Source: an uncultured Eubacteriales bacterium
Lineage (GTDB): Bacteria > Bacillota > Clostridia > Christensenellales > CAG-138
DNA: 64,000 nt
Direction of reading: 5' to 3'
NCBI GenBank assembly: GCA_902801845.1
Contig: CADCJW010000004.1
Coordinates: 7,936-71,935, forward strand
Numbering within the stretch: the first letter of the stretch is position 1; every line of letters starts with the position of its first letter. The notes below the pieces were generated by a model. The model saw only the letters and a list, made by a program, of their open reading frames with translations. It was not told where the DNA came from and ran no database searches. Shown here piece by piece: positions 44,346 through 53,448 of the stretch. Made by a program: the position numbers and the translations under genes.

Positions 44346-44846
44346 ATGGACATGAAAAAGGTATTCAAGTGGTTCTGGGTGTGGGAATTCGAAAAGGAGG
44401 ACATGTGGCTCAACAGCATGGCGGCCGAGGGCTGGACGCTGTGCCAGATAGGCTGGTGCACCTATTGGTTTGAGAGGACGGACCCCGGCGCCTACGAGGT
44501 GCGGCTGGAGTGCCGCAAGCCGGACGAGGCATATATCTCCTTCGTGAAGGATACTGGCGCGGAGTACATCGGCCATATGATGCAGTGGCTCTACTTCCGC
44601 CGCAAAAGCGAGCTGGGGCATTTCGAGTTGAACAGCGATCTTGACTCCCGGATCGAGCAGCTCAACAACATGGGCCGTATCCTGCTGCCCATCGGCATCC
44701 TTAACCTGTGCATCGGGCTTATGAATCTGCGCTACAACGGCCTGGGCGGCATCAACCTTATATGCGCCGGGTTACTCGCGTATGCCTACGGCCGCATCCA
44801 GGGCAAGAGGGACGAGCTTATGCGGGAGCGCCAGCTTCACGAATAA
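44346..44846 (+). CDS. DUF2812-family membrane protein
   Basis: WVWEFEKEDMWLNSMAAEGWTL... is typical of DUF2812 proteins that follow PadR regulators. Two C-terminal TM helices. Confidence 0.7.
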   Translation: MDMKKVFKWFWVWEFEKEDMWLNSMAAEGWTLCQIGWCTYWFERTDPGAYEVRLECRKPDEAYISFVKDTGAEYIGHMMQWLYFRRKSELGHFELNSDLDSRIEQLNNMGRILLPIGILNLCIGLMNLRYNGLGGINLICAGLLAYAYGRIQGKRDELMRERQLHE

Positions 44847-45040
44847 TTGAAAGCTTCGTTGACCGGGTGCAAAGCATAGTCGAAGCTGCGCTGCCGCTTG
44901 CTTTCTCCTTGCTTTGCCCGTGCTGCGCCTCGCTGCATCTGCCACAGGCAGCGCTCGGCTTCGCACCCTTTCTTGAAAAGAAAAGGCACCCAAAAGAAAC
45001 GCAAATGGGAAGTATGGCTGACGCTGTATTTCCCATTATT

Positions 45041-45105
45041 CTTCTTAAGTTTCTCTTTTTCCGCCGCTTTTTCCTCTTTGTATAAAGAGAAAAAGCGGCA
45101 AAAAC
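45041..45105. repeat. Palindromic intergenic repeat, copy B
   Basis: CTTCTTAAGTTTCTCTTTTTCCGCCGCTTTTTCCTCTTTGTATAAAGAGAAAAAGCGGCAAAAAC, near-identical to copy A. An upstream companion hairpin at ~44975-44998 resembles 25242-25269. Confidence 0.8.
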
Positions 45106-45110
45106 GAATC

Positions 45111-45139
45111 TTTACAAATCGCCCCCTTCCATGTATAAT
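45111..45139 (+). promoter_or_regulatory. ileS leader promoter TTTACA-17 nt-TATAAT
   Basis: TTTACA at 45111-45116 and TATAAT at 45134-45139, with TG immediately upstream. Confidence 0.55.
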
Positions 45140-45145
45140 ATCGCC

Positions 45146-45392
45146 AAACGTGGATCGGGACAGGTAGCCATGGTCCAACCCCTTCAAGCGAGCCGCGGAC
45201 GGTGCAAGGCGGCAAGGGGCCCATGCGTGAGATCACCCGGGAGCGGGACCGTGAAAGATGCAGTAGCGGCCTCCGGCGGCCCTCCGTTACAGGGGCACAG
45301 AGCGGCGCAGTCTATGGCTGCGCAAGGCGGGTGGTACCGCGGAAGATCAGGTCTTTCGCCCCGTATTGGGGCGGAAGATCTTTTATTTTCAA
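45146..45392 (+). promoter_or_regulatory. T-box riboswitch leader (Ile-specific, candidate AUC specifier in GAGAUCACC ~45229-45232) with terminator 45353-45389
   Basis: Conserved T-box sequence GGGTGGTACCGCG at 45329-45341. The terminator stem is CTTTCGCCCC/GGGGCGGAAG followed by ATCTTTTATTTT. It lies directly upstream of ileS. The 5' boundary is approximate. Confidence 0.8.
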
Positions 45393-45411
45393 TAAACAGT
45401 TGGAGGAGAGT

Positions 45412-48400
45412 ATGTACGACAAGGTATCGACGGATCTGAAGTTTGTGGACCGGGAGAAGCAGGTCCTAACCTTCTGGAAGGAAAACCATGTGTTCGAAAA
45501 GAGCGTGGAGCTCCGCAAGGGCGCTCCCGCCTACACCGTTTTCGACGGCCCCCCCACGGCCAACGGCCGGCCCCACATCGGCCACGTGCTGACCAGGAGC
45601 ATCAAGGACATCATCCCCCGGTATCGGACCATGAAGGGCTACGACGTGCTTAGAAAGGCCGGCTGGGACACCCACGGCCTGCCCGTGGAACTGGAGGTGG
45701 AGAAGGAGCTCCATCTGGACGGCAAGGAGCAGATCGAAGCCTACGGCGTGGAGCCCTTCATCGAGGGCTGCAAGCGGTCCGTGTGGAAGTATAAGTCCGA
45801 GTGGGAGGACATGTCCGACCGGGTGGGCTTCTGGATGGACATGGACGATCCCTACGTCACCTATCACGACGACTACATCGAGTCCGAATGGTGGGCCCTG
45901 AAGACCATCTACGACAAGGGCCTCCTCTACAAGGGCTACAAGATCGTGCCCTACTGCCCCCGCTGCGGCACGGCTCTCTCCTCCCACGAGGTGGCCCAGG
46001 GCTACAAGGACGTGAAGGAGACCTCCGCCATCGCCAAGTTCTATTTGAAGGACGGCAGCGGCACCTGCATCCTGGCCTGGACCACCACCCCCTGGACGCT
46101 GCCCAGCAACGTGGCCCTCTGCGTCAACGCCAACGAGACCTACGTGAAGGCCCGCCGGGAGGACGGGGTGTTCATCCTGGCCGAGGCGCTGGTAAAGAAC
46201 GTCCTGGGCGAGGACGTGGAGATCATGGAGACCTTCTTGGGCAGCGACCTGGTGGGCACGGAATACGAGCCCCTCTTCGACATGAGCGCCCAGTTCGACG
46301 GCAAGAAGGGCTACCGGGTGGTGGCGGACAGCTACGTGACCTTGGACGAGGGCACCGGCGTGGTCCACATCGCCCCTGCCTTCGGCGAGGACGACAACCG
46401 GGTGGGCAAGGCCTACGATCTGCCGTTTTTGCAGCTGGTGAACACCTCCGGCCATATGTGCGGCGGCACCCCCTTCGACGGCCTCTTCGTGAAGGACGCG
46501 GACAAGCCCGTGCTGGAGGATCTGAAGCGGCAGCAGAAGCTGTTCTCCGCCCCTCAGTTCGAGCACAGCTATCCCTTCTGCTGGCGCTGCGACACGCCCC
46601 TCATCTACTACGCCCGGGAGGAGTGGTTCATCCGCATGACCGCGGTGAAGGACAAGCTGGTCCGCTTCACCAAGAGCGTGAACTGGATCCCGGAGACCAT
46701 CCGGGACGGCCGCATGGGCAACTTTGTGGAAAACGTCATCGACTGGGCCGTGACCCGGGAGCGGTATTGGGGCACGCCCTTCCCCGTTTGGGTCTGCCCG
46801 GACTGCGGCAAGGTCCACGTGATCGGCAGCAAGGCGGAGCTGAAAGCCATGAGCCCCGACTGCCCCGCGGATATCGAGCTGCACAAGCCCTTCATCGACG
46901 CGGTGACCGTGACCTGCCCCCAGTGCGGCGGGCACATGAAGCGGGAGAGCGTGGTCATGGACTGCTGGTTCGACTCCGGGTCCATGCCCTTCGCCCAGTG
47001 GCACTATCCCTTTGAGAACAAGGAGAAGTTCGAGCGCCGGTACCCCGCCGACTTCATCTCCGAGGCCATCGACCAGACCCGGGGCTGGTTCTATACCCTG
47101 CTCGCCATCGCGACGCTGCTCTTTGACGAGGCGCCCTTCAAAAACTGCGTGGTGCTGGGCCTGGTCTGCGACAAGGACGGGAAGAAGATGAGCAAGCACC
47201 TGGGGAACGTGGTGAACCCCTTCGACGTGCTGAACGCCCAGGGCGCCGACGCCGTTCGCTGGTACTTCTACACCGGGTCCAGCCCCTGGCTGCCCTCCCG
47301 GTTCTCCGGTGACGCGGTATCCGAGTATCAGCGCAAGTTCATGGGCACCCTCTGGAACACTTACGCCTTCTACATCCTCTACGCGGACATCGACGGGTTC
47401 GACCCCACGAAGCACGCGCTGCAGCGGGAGAACCTTTCCTTCATGGATCGGTGGGTCCTGTCCAGGATGCAGACGCTGATCCAAACGGTGGACAAGGACC
47501 TGGAGGCCCTGAAGATCACCGAGGCGGGCCGGGAGCTGCAATCCTTCGTGGACGAGCTGTCCAACTGGTACGTGCGCCGGTGCCGGAACCGGTACTGGGG
47601 GAGCGAGATGACCGCGGACAAGGAAGCGGCCTACATGACCCTGTACACGGTGCTCAAGGAGCTGACGCTGGTCTGCGCGCCCTTCGTGCCCTTCATGGCC
47701 GAGTCCATCTATCAGAACATGGTCCGCCGGGTGGAAACGGACGCGCCCATCAGCGTGCATCTGTGCGACTTCCCCGTGGCGGACGAGAGCCTCATCGACG
47801 GGGATCTTGAAAAGAACATGGAGGAGGTGCTGGGCATCGTGACCCTGGGCCGGGCCGCCCGGAACAACGCCGCCATGAAGATCCGGCAGCCTCTTTCCGC
47901 CATGTACGTTCAGGGCGAGCCCCTTTCCGAGGGGTATCGGACCATCATCGCCGAGGAGCTGAACGTGAAGGAGGTCAGTTTCGTGGACGACGCGTCCAGC
48001 TTCATCTCCTACGCCGTGAAGCCCCAGCTCAGGACCCTGGGCCCCAAGTACGGGAAGCTTTTGGGCGCCATCCGCAACAAGATGGCGGAGCCCGGGGCCG
48101 GCGACGAGATCGTGAACGCCATCAAGGCGAGCGGGAAGTACGCCTTCGACGCCGACGGCCAGACCGTGGAGCTCACCGAGGACGACGTGCTGGTCACCGC
48201 CGTGAAGAAGGAGGGGCTGGTGTCCGAGACCGACGGGCAGGTGACCGTGGTCCTGGATACCAACCTGACGCCCGAACTCATCGAGCTGGGCTTCGTTCGC
48301 GAGCTCACCAGCAAGGTCCAGACCATGCGCAAGGAGGCGGGCTTCGAGGTGGCGGACCATATCCGCATCGGCTATCAGGGCAGCGAGAAGGTGAAGGCCG

Positions 48401-48531
48401 TCTTTGAAAAGTATGCCCGGGACATCGCCGACGACACCCTGGCCGACGGCGTCTCTCCGGACCTCTCCGGCTATGAGAAGGACTGGGACGTGAACGGTGA
48501 AGCCGTGCGGCTGTCGGTGGAACGGGTGTAA
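45412..48531 (+). CDS. ileS: Isoleucine-tRNA ligase (long, type-2-like form)
   Basis: HIGH motif PHIGHVLT and KMSKS motif KKMSKHLGN. 1039 aa. GGAGGAGAG lies upstream of ATG 45412. Confidence 0.95.
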   Translation: MYDKVSTDLKFVDREKQVLTFWKENHVFEKSVELRKGAPAYTVFDGPPTANGRPHIGHVLTRSIKDIIPRYRTMKGYDVLRKAGWDTHGLPVELEVEKELHLDGKEQIEAYGVEPFIEGCKRSVWKYKSEWEDMSDRVGFWMDMDDPYVTYHDDYIESEWWALKTIYDKGLLYKGYKIVPYCPRCGTALSSHEVAQGYKDVKETSAIAKFYLKDGSGTCILAWTTTPWTLPSNVALCVNANETYVKARREDGVFILAEALVKNVLGEDVEIMETFLGSDLVGTEYEPLFDMSAQFDGKKGYRVVADSYVTLDEGTGVVHIAPAFGEDDNRVGKAYDLPFLQLVNTSGHMCGGTPFDGLFVKDADKPVLEDLKRQQKLFSAPQFEHSYPFCWRCDTPLIYYAREEWFIRMTAVKDKLVRFTKSVNWIPETIRDGRMGNFVENVIDWAVTRERYWGTPFPVWVCPDCGKVHVIGSKAELKAMSPDCPADIELHKPFIDAVTVTCPQCGGHMKRESVVMDCWFDSGSMPFAQWHYPFENKEKFERRYPADFISEAIDQTRGWFYTLLAIATLLFDEAPFKNCVVLGLVCDKDGKKMSKHLGNVVNPFDVLNAQGADAVRWYFYTGSSPWLPSRFSGDAVSEYQRKFMGTLWNTYAFYILYADIDGFDPTKHALQRENLSFMDRWVLSRMQTLIQTVDKDLEALKITEAGRELQSFVDELSNWYVRRCRNRYWGSEMTADKEAAYMTLYTVLKELTLVCAPFVPFMAESIYQNMVRRVETDAPISVHLCDFPVADESLIDGDLEKNMEEVLGIVTLGRAARNNAAMKIRQPLSAMYVQGEPLSEGYRTIIAEELNVKEVSFVDDASSFISYAVKPQLRTLGPKYGKLLGAIRNKMAEPGAGDEIVNAIKASGKYAFDADGQTVELTEDDVLVTAVKKEGLVSETDGQVTVVLDTNLTPELIELGFVRELTSKVQTMRKEAGFEVADHIRIGYQGSEKVKAVFEKYARDIADDTLADGVSPDLSGYEKDWDVNGEAVRLSVERV

Positions 48532-48550
48532 GGATAGGAGTTTCTTCTGT

Positions 48551-48585
48551 GCCGCTTTTTCTTTTCAGTGAAAAGAAAAAGCGGC
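48551..48585 (+). terminator. Hairpin after ileS (GCCGCTTTTTCTTTT/AAAAGAAAAAGCGGC), related to the repeat-family stem
   Basis: 15-bp perfect stem with loop CAGTG, 20 nt after the ileS stop. There is no clean U-tract downstream, so its terminator function is uncertain. Confidence 0.45.
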
Positions 48586-48638
48586 GCAAAAAGAAAAGCT
48601 CAAGATAATAGATCGGACAGAGCAAAACAGCCTTATTG

Positions 48639-48702
48639 TTTCTTAAGTTTCTCTTTTTCGGCACCTTTTTCTCTTTGTCTAAAGAGAAAAAGGTGCAAAT
48701 AC
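48639..48702. repeat. Palindromic intergenic repeat, copy C (diverged stem GCACCTTTTTCTCTTTG/AAAGAGAAAAAGGTGC)
   Basis: Same leader TTTCTTAAGTTTCTCTTTTTC. Stem positions CG->AC and CG->GT change together, preserving pairing. Confidence 0.75.
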
Positions 48703-48720
48703 TAAAGAAAAGGTACTCCC

Positions 48721-49404
48721 ATGAAAGGTCTCGGCACCATCGTCAACGCCGCCGCCATCCTGCTGGGCGGCGGAGCGGGCTTGCTGCTCCACAAGGGCAT
48801 CTCCGAAAAACTCCATACCCGGGTCATGGAAGCATTGGCCCTGGGCGTCATCCTCATCGGCCTCTCCGGGGCGCTGAAGGGGGAGAAGACCCTGGTCATG
48901 ATCCTGTCTTTGGCCGTGGGCGCGGCCATCGGCGCCCTCCTCTCCATCGACGACGGCTTCCACCGCCTGGCGGATAAGCTGAGCGGCAAGCTGGTGGGCC
49001 CCGACAAACAGGCGGGCTTCGCCGCCGGGTTCGTCAGCGCGTCCCTTCTCTTTTGCACCGGCGCCATGGCGGTGACCGGCGCTCTCCAGGACGGGTTCAC
49101 CGGTGACCACTCCATCCTCTTTGCCAAGGCCCTCATCGACGGCATCTCCGCCATGCTCCTCGCCTCCGCCATGGGCGGCGGCGTGCTCCTGAGTGCGGCG
49201 GCGGTGTTCCTGTACCAGGGGATCTTCACGGTCCTGGGCCTTTTCAGCGCCTCCTTCTTCGCCGCCTCGGCGGTGGAGATGGGCGCGGTGGGCTCCCTCC
49301 TTTTGGTGCCCATCGGCCTCAACATGCTGAAGATCACCCATATCAAGGTCATGGACCTGCTGCCCGCCATCTTTTTGCCGATAGTATTCTGCCTGTTCCT
49401 GTAA
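48721..49404 (+). CDS. DUF554-family membrane protein
   Basis: MKGLGTIVNAAAILLGGGAGLL... and the Gly/Ala-rich polytopic profile are typical of DUF554 (YdfK/YqgA-like). Confidence 0.7.
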   Translation: MKGLGTIVNAAAILLGGGAGLLLHKGISEKLHTRVMEALALGVILIGLSGALKGEKTLVMILSLAVGAAIGALLSIDDGFHRLADKLSGKLVGPDKQAGFAAGFVSASLLFCTGAMAVTGALQDGFTGDHSILFAKALIDGISAMLLASAMGGGVLLSAAAVFLYQGIFTVLGLFSASFFAASAVEMGAVGSLLLVPIGLNMLKITHIKVMDLLPAIFLPIVFCLFL

Positions 49405-49466
49405 AGGTTCAGGCTTTTTTCAGGTTCGGGGCGTACACTGTAGAAAAACGTGAGGGGGAGACAATC

Positions 49467-50144
49467 ATGCGCGCGTTGATCGTAGAGGACGACAAGGCTC
49501 TGGCCCGCACCCTGGGCGAGATGCTCAAGAGCGTCCATTTCGAAAGCGACATCTGCAACGACGGGGAATCCGGCTTGGACTGGAGCCTTTCCGGGGACTA
49601 CGACCTGGTGGTCCTGGACATCATGCTCCCCAAAAAGGACGGCTTCTCCATCGCCCGGGAGCTCAGGAAGGCGAAGATCGCCGCCCCCATCCTCATGCTC
49701 ACCGCCCGGACCGAGACCGACGACAAGGTCCGTGGCCTGGACAGCGGCGCGGACTACTATCTGACCAAGCCCTTCGAGATGTCGGAGCTTTTAGCCTGCG
49801 TCCGGGCCCTGACCCGGCGACAGGGGGAGGTGGTCATGGACGAGCTCAGCTTCGGGGATCTGAAGCTGAATCTGTCCACCTGCGATTTGGCCTGGGGGGA
49901 CAAGAAGGTCCGCCTGGGCAAGAAGGAGTTCTCCCTCATGCACATCTTCATGTCCAACGGCGAGGCCGTGGTCAGCAAGGACACCCTCATCAACAAGGTC
50001 TGGGGCTTTGAGAGCGACGCGGAGGACAACAACGTGGAGGTCTACATCTCCTTCCTCCGCAAGAAGCTGGCCTTTTTGAAGGCGCCGGTCCAGATCGCCA
50101 CCCTGCGCAAGTTCGGCTATCGCCTGGAAAGGACCGACACATGA
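49467..50144 (+). CDS. OmpR-family response regulator
   Basis: Receiver domain (LVVLDIMLPKKDG) plus winged helix (LRKFGYRL). Confidence 0.9.
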   Translation: MRALIVEDDKALARTLGEMLKSVHFESDICNDGESGLDWSLSGDYDLVVLDIMLPKKDGFSIARELRKAKIAAPILMLTARTETDDKVRGLDSGADYYLTKPFEMSELLACVRALTRRQGEVVMDELSFGDLKLNLSTCDLAWGDKKVRLGKKEFSLMHIFMSNGEAVVSKDTLINKVWGFESDAEDNNVEVYISFLRKKLAFLKAPVQIATLRKFGYRLERTDT

Positions 50145-51331
50145 TCCGTCAACTGAAAAAGCGATTCATCCTCACCAGCATGGCCGTGGTCACGCTGGTG
50201 CTGCTGTTGGTCACCGGCGTTTTGTACTTCGGCGCCCGAAAGGTGATCTACTCCGACGCGGACCAGATGATGAAGCGCTCGCTCATGTTCGCCCTGGGGG
50301 AGAAGGGCGGCGGCGAGGGCCGGGGCAACCGGTTCGAGCGGGCCGTGGTCCTCACCATCGACCCGGAGACCGGGGACATCGAGAACGAGAGCAGCGCCAC
50401 CTTGGAGCACTTCTCCGAGGAGGAGCAGCAGGAGCTGGTCAGAGAGGCCGCCGCAGGGAAAAAGCTGAAGAACAAGGGCGTCCACACCTCCGTGGCCAAG
50501 CACAACGGCAAGACCTACGTGGCCGTGGTGGACACCAATCTGGAGGATCGGCTGGTGACCGCCGCCGTAAAGGCCCTGGCCCTCATCGCCGCCGGCGTGT
50601 GGGCGGCGCTGCTGCTGCTGGTCTGGCTTTTGTCCGGCTGGGCGGTGCGCCCCATGGCCCGGGCCTGGGACATGCAGCGCCAGTTCGTGGCCGACGCTTC
50701 CCACGATCTTAAAACCCCGCTCACCGTGATCCTGAGCAACAGCGAGCTTTTGAAGCAGCAGGCGGGGGGCGACGCCCCGGAGCTGGACCGGATCGAGACC
50801 GCCGGCCAGCGGATGAAGGACCTGGTCCAAAAGATGCTGACCCTGGCCCGCATGGAGGACGACCCCGCCAAGATCGAGCGCTCGGCATTGGACCTTTCGG
50901 ACATGGTCATGGAGACCGCTTTGGCCTTCGAGGCCACCGCCTTTGAAAAGGGGCTCACCATCGACGAGCAGGTGGAGCCCGATCTGGTGGTCCGGGGCGA
51001 CCGGGCCCAGGTCCAGAGCATCCTGGAATGCCTGCTGGACAACGCCTGCAAGTACGCCGCCGCCGGCAGCGACATCACCGTGTCCCTGGAGAAGGCGGGG
51101 AAGAAGGCCCGGCTCACCGTCCGCAACACCGGCTCCTATATCCCGCCGGAGGACCTGCCCCACGTGTTCGAGCGGTTCTACCGGGCGGACAAGAGCCGCA
51201 CCGCCGCCGACAGCTCCGGGCTGGGCCTGGCCATCGTCCAGAGCGTGGTGGAGTCCATGGGCGGCACCGTCGCCTGTGAGAGCAGCCGGGAGGGAGGCAC
51301 CGCCTTCACGGTCCTGCTGCCGAGAGAATAG
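50141..51331 (+). CDS. Sensor histidine kinase
   Basis: Two TM helices, H-box ASHDLKTPLTVI, and ATPase boxes (GLGLAIVQSVV). It overlaps the RR stop (ATGA). Confidence 0.9.
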   Translation: MIRQLKKRFILTSMAVVTLVLLLVTGVLYFGARKVIYSDADQMMKRSLMFALGEKGGGEGRGNRFERAVVLTIDPETGDIENESSATLEHFSEEEQQELVREAAAGKKLKNKGVHTSVAKHNGKTYVAVVDTNLEDRLVTAAVKALALIAAGVWAALLLLVWLLSGWAVRPMARAWDMQRQFVADASHDLKTPLTVILSNSELLKQQAGGDAPELDRIETAGQRMKDLVQKMLTLARMEDDPAKIERSALDLSDMVMETALAFEATAFEKGLTIDEQVEPDLVVRGDRAQVQSILECLLDNACKYAAAGSDITVSLEKAGKKARLTVRNTGSYIPPEDLPHVFERFYRADKSRTAADSSGLGLAIVQSVVESMGGTVACESSREGGTAFTVLLPRE

Positions 51332-51352
51332 ACGGAACGGTTCAAACCGCAG

Positions 51353-51378
51353 GGGAGAGGCTTGCCTCTCCCTTTTCC
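51353..51378 (+). terminator. Rho-independent terminator after the kinase gene
   Basis: GGGAGAGG-CTTG-CCTCTCCC followed by TTTTCC. Confidence 0.65.
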
Positions 51379-51407
51379 GTATCGGAGAGGATCGGGCCCG
51401 TATCGGG

Positions 51408-51505
51408 GGAAGACAAAGACAAAGACAAGGACAAAGACAAAGAAAAAGACAATGACAAGGACAAAGAAAAAGACAATGACAAAGAAAAATACAATGACAA
51501 GGACT
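51408..51505. repeat. Purine-rich tandem repeat built from GACAAA/GACAAG hexamers, with an 18-nt higher-order unit GACAAAGAAAAAGACAAT
   Basis: Read directly. About 100 nt contains almost no T or G-runs. It is intergenic, ~100 nt upstream of the glnS promoter. Confidence 0.8.
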
Positions 51506-51606
51506 ATATTTTTTCTCTCTCTCCCGAGAGAGGGCGCCTGGCGGCGGGAGAGAAAAAAACGGTCCCCCCTTGGGGCGGAGGGGCTTTGGCGGGGGACGAA
51601 AACCGC

Positions 51607-51635
51607 TTGCGAAGATGCCGCATAGGGTGTATAAT
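51607..51635 (+). promoter_or_regulatory. glnS promoter TTGCGA-17 nt-TATAAT (TG-extended)
   Basis: TTGCGA at 51607-51612 and TATAAT at 51630-51635, preceded by GTG. Confidence 0.55.
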
Positions 51636-51696
51636 ATGCTATTCAATGGGGTGAAAGGCCCCGGCATTTGAGATTCACGGAAAGGTAAATACACAC

Positions 51697-53424
51697 ATGG
51701 AAGAAGCACCGAAGATCAAAAACTTCATCGAGGAAGCCGTTGAGGAGGACCTGGAGAAATTCCGGGCCCTGTACCCGGACAAGGAGCTGCGGATCAAGAC
51801 CCGGTTCCCCCCGGAGCCCAACGGGTATCTGCACATCGGCCACGCCAAGGCGTTGACCATCGACTTCTCCACGGCGGAGAAGTACGGCGGCACCTGCAAC
51901 CTCCGCTACGACGACACCAACCCCACCAAGGAGGGGACGGAGTACGTGGACGCCATCGAGCAGGACATCCGCTGGCTGGGGTTCCAGTGGGACAAGCTGG
52001 TCTTCGGTTCCTCTTATTTCGATCAGTGTTACGAGCTCGCCAAGAAGCTCATCAAAAAGGGCGTGGCCTACGTGGACGACCTCACCAAGGAAGAGATGAA
52101 GGCCTACCGGGGCACCCTCACCGAGCCCGGGAAGAACAGCCCCTGGCGGGATCGGTCCGTGGAGGAGAATCTGGACCTCTTCGAGCGCATGAAGAACGGC
52201 GAGTTCGAGAACGGATCGAAGACCCTCCGGGCCAAGATCGACATGGCCTCCCCCAACATCAACATGCGGGACCCGGCTCTCTACCGGATCATCCACATGC
52301 CCCATCACCAGACCGGGGACAAGTGGTGCATCTATCCCATGTACGACTTCGCCCATCCCATCCAGGACGCCATCGAGGGCGTGACCCACAGCCTCTGCTC
52401 CTTGGAGTACGAGATCCATCGCCCCCTCTACAACTGGGTGGTGGAGCAGTGCGAGTTCGACAACCGGCCCAACCCCCGGCAGATCGAGTTTGCCCGGCTC
52501 AATCTCACCAACACCGTCATGAGCAAGCGCAAGCTTAGGATGCTGGTGGAGGAGGGGATCGTGTCCGGCTGGGACGATCCGCGGATGCCCACGCTGTGCG
52601 CCATGCGCCGCAGGGGCTACCCCGCCGAGGCCATCCGGGACTTCCTCAGCCGTATCGGCGTCGCTAAGGCCGACTCCGTGGTGGAGACGGCGTTGTTGGA
52701 GGCCTGCGTCCGCGACTTTTTGAACGCCACCGCCTATCGGATGATGGCGGTGACGGAGCCCGTGAAGCTGGTCATCGACAACTGGCCCGAGGGCAAGATC
52801 GAAGAGATTGAGCTCGAAAACCTGCCCGGCAGCGAGGAAGCGGGCACCCGTACGGTCACCTTCTCCAAGGAGCTGTACATCGAGCGGAGCGACTTCGACC
52901 CCGACCCGCCCAAGAAGTTCTTCCGGCTCAAGCCCGAGGGCGAGGTCCGCTTGAAGGGGGCCTATATCGTCCTGTGCACGGGCTATGAGACCGACGAAAA
53001 CGGCGACGTGACGTTGATCCACTGCACCTACGACCCGGAGACGAGGAGCGGCGAGTGCCAGCGGAAGGTGAAGGGCACCATCCATTGGCTCTCCACCCTG
53101 GACGCGGTGCCGGCAGAGCTTCGGCACTACGAGCCTCTGCTTGCCGAGACCGGGGCGGACGACGCGGAGGCGGAGGCGGAAGCCGAGGCCGAGGGCGAAT
53201 ACGTGGGCGGCGCCAAGGATCGGGACTTCTTGAAGACCATCAACCCCGACAGTCTGAAGGTGCTCCATGGCTTCGTGGAGCCCGCCGCGGCCAAGGCCCC
53301 CGCCGGGACAAGGTATCAGTTCTTGCGCATGGGCTACTACTGCGCGGATCTCGACACCACGGCCGAAAAGCCCGTGTTCAACCGGGTGGTGGGCCTCAAG
53401 GATTCCTTCAAACCTGCCAAATAA
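51697..53424 (+). CDS. glnS: Glutamine-tRNA ligase
   Basis: [17 protein letters not shown] (HIGH) and VMSKRKL (KMSKS). GlnRS-type C-terminal beta-barrels. Contains an acidic (AE)n insertion. Confidence 0.93.
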   Translation: MEEAPKIKNFIEEAVEEDLEKFRALYPDKELRIKTRFPPEPNGYLHIGHAKALTIDFSTAEKYGGTCNLRYDDTNPTKEGTEYVDAIEQDIRWLGFQWDKLVFGSSYFDQCYELAKKLIKKGVAYVDDLTKEEMKAYRGTLTEPGKNSPWRDRSVEENLDLFERMKNGEFENGSKTLRAKIDMASPNINMRDPALYRIIHMPHHQTGDKWCIYPMYDFAHPIQDAIEGVTHSLCSLEYEIHRPLYNWVVEQCEFDNRPNPRQIEFARLNLTNTVMSKRKLRMLVEEGIVSGWDDPRMPTLCAMRRRGYPAEAIRDFLSRIGVAKADSVVETALLEACVRDFLNATAYRMMAVTEPVKLVIDNWPEGKIEEIELENLPGSEEAGTRTVTFSKELYIERSDFDPDPPKKFFRLKPEGEVRLKGAYIVLCTGYETDENGDVTLIHCTYDPETRSGECQRKVKGTIHWLSTLDAVPAELRHYEPLLAETGADDAEAEAEAEAEGEYVGGAKDRDFLKTINPDSLKVLHGFVEPAAAKAPAGTRYQFLRMGYYCADLDTTAEKPVFNRVVGLKDSFKPAK

Positions 53425-53448
53425 TCCCCACGACGAGAGGTAAACGAT

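Noticed and set aside
51353-51372. The terminator stem GGGAGAGG/CCTCTCCC here is identical to the stems of island modules A and B (3063-3086, 3592-3615).
   Set aside because: The loop, spacer and TTAATTGACA box are not shared. An 8-bp purine-rich stem can recur by chance, so it is not counted as a further module copy.
51362-51625. 87-aa ORF encoding a K/T-rich peptide (KTKTKTRTKTKKKTMTRTKKK...).
   Set aside because: It is the translation of the hexamer tandem repeat in one frame. It has no SD sequence and overlaps the terminator and the glnS promoter.
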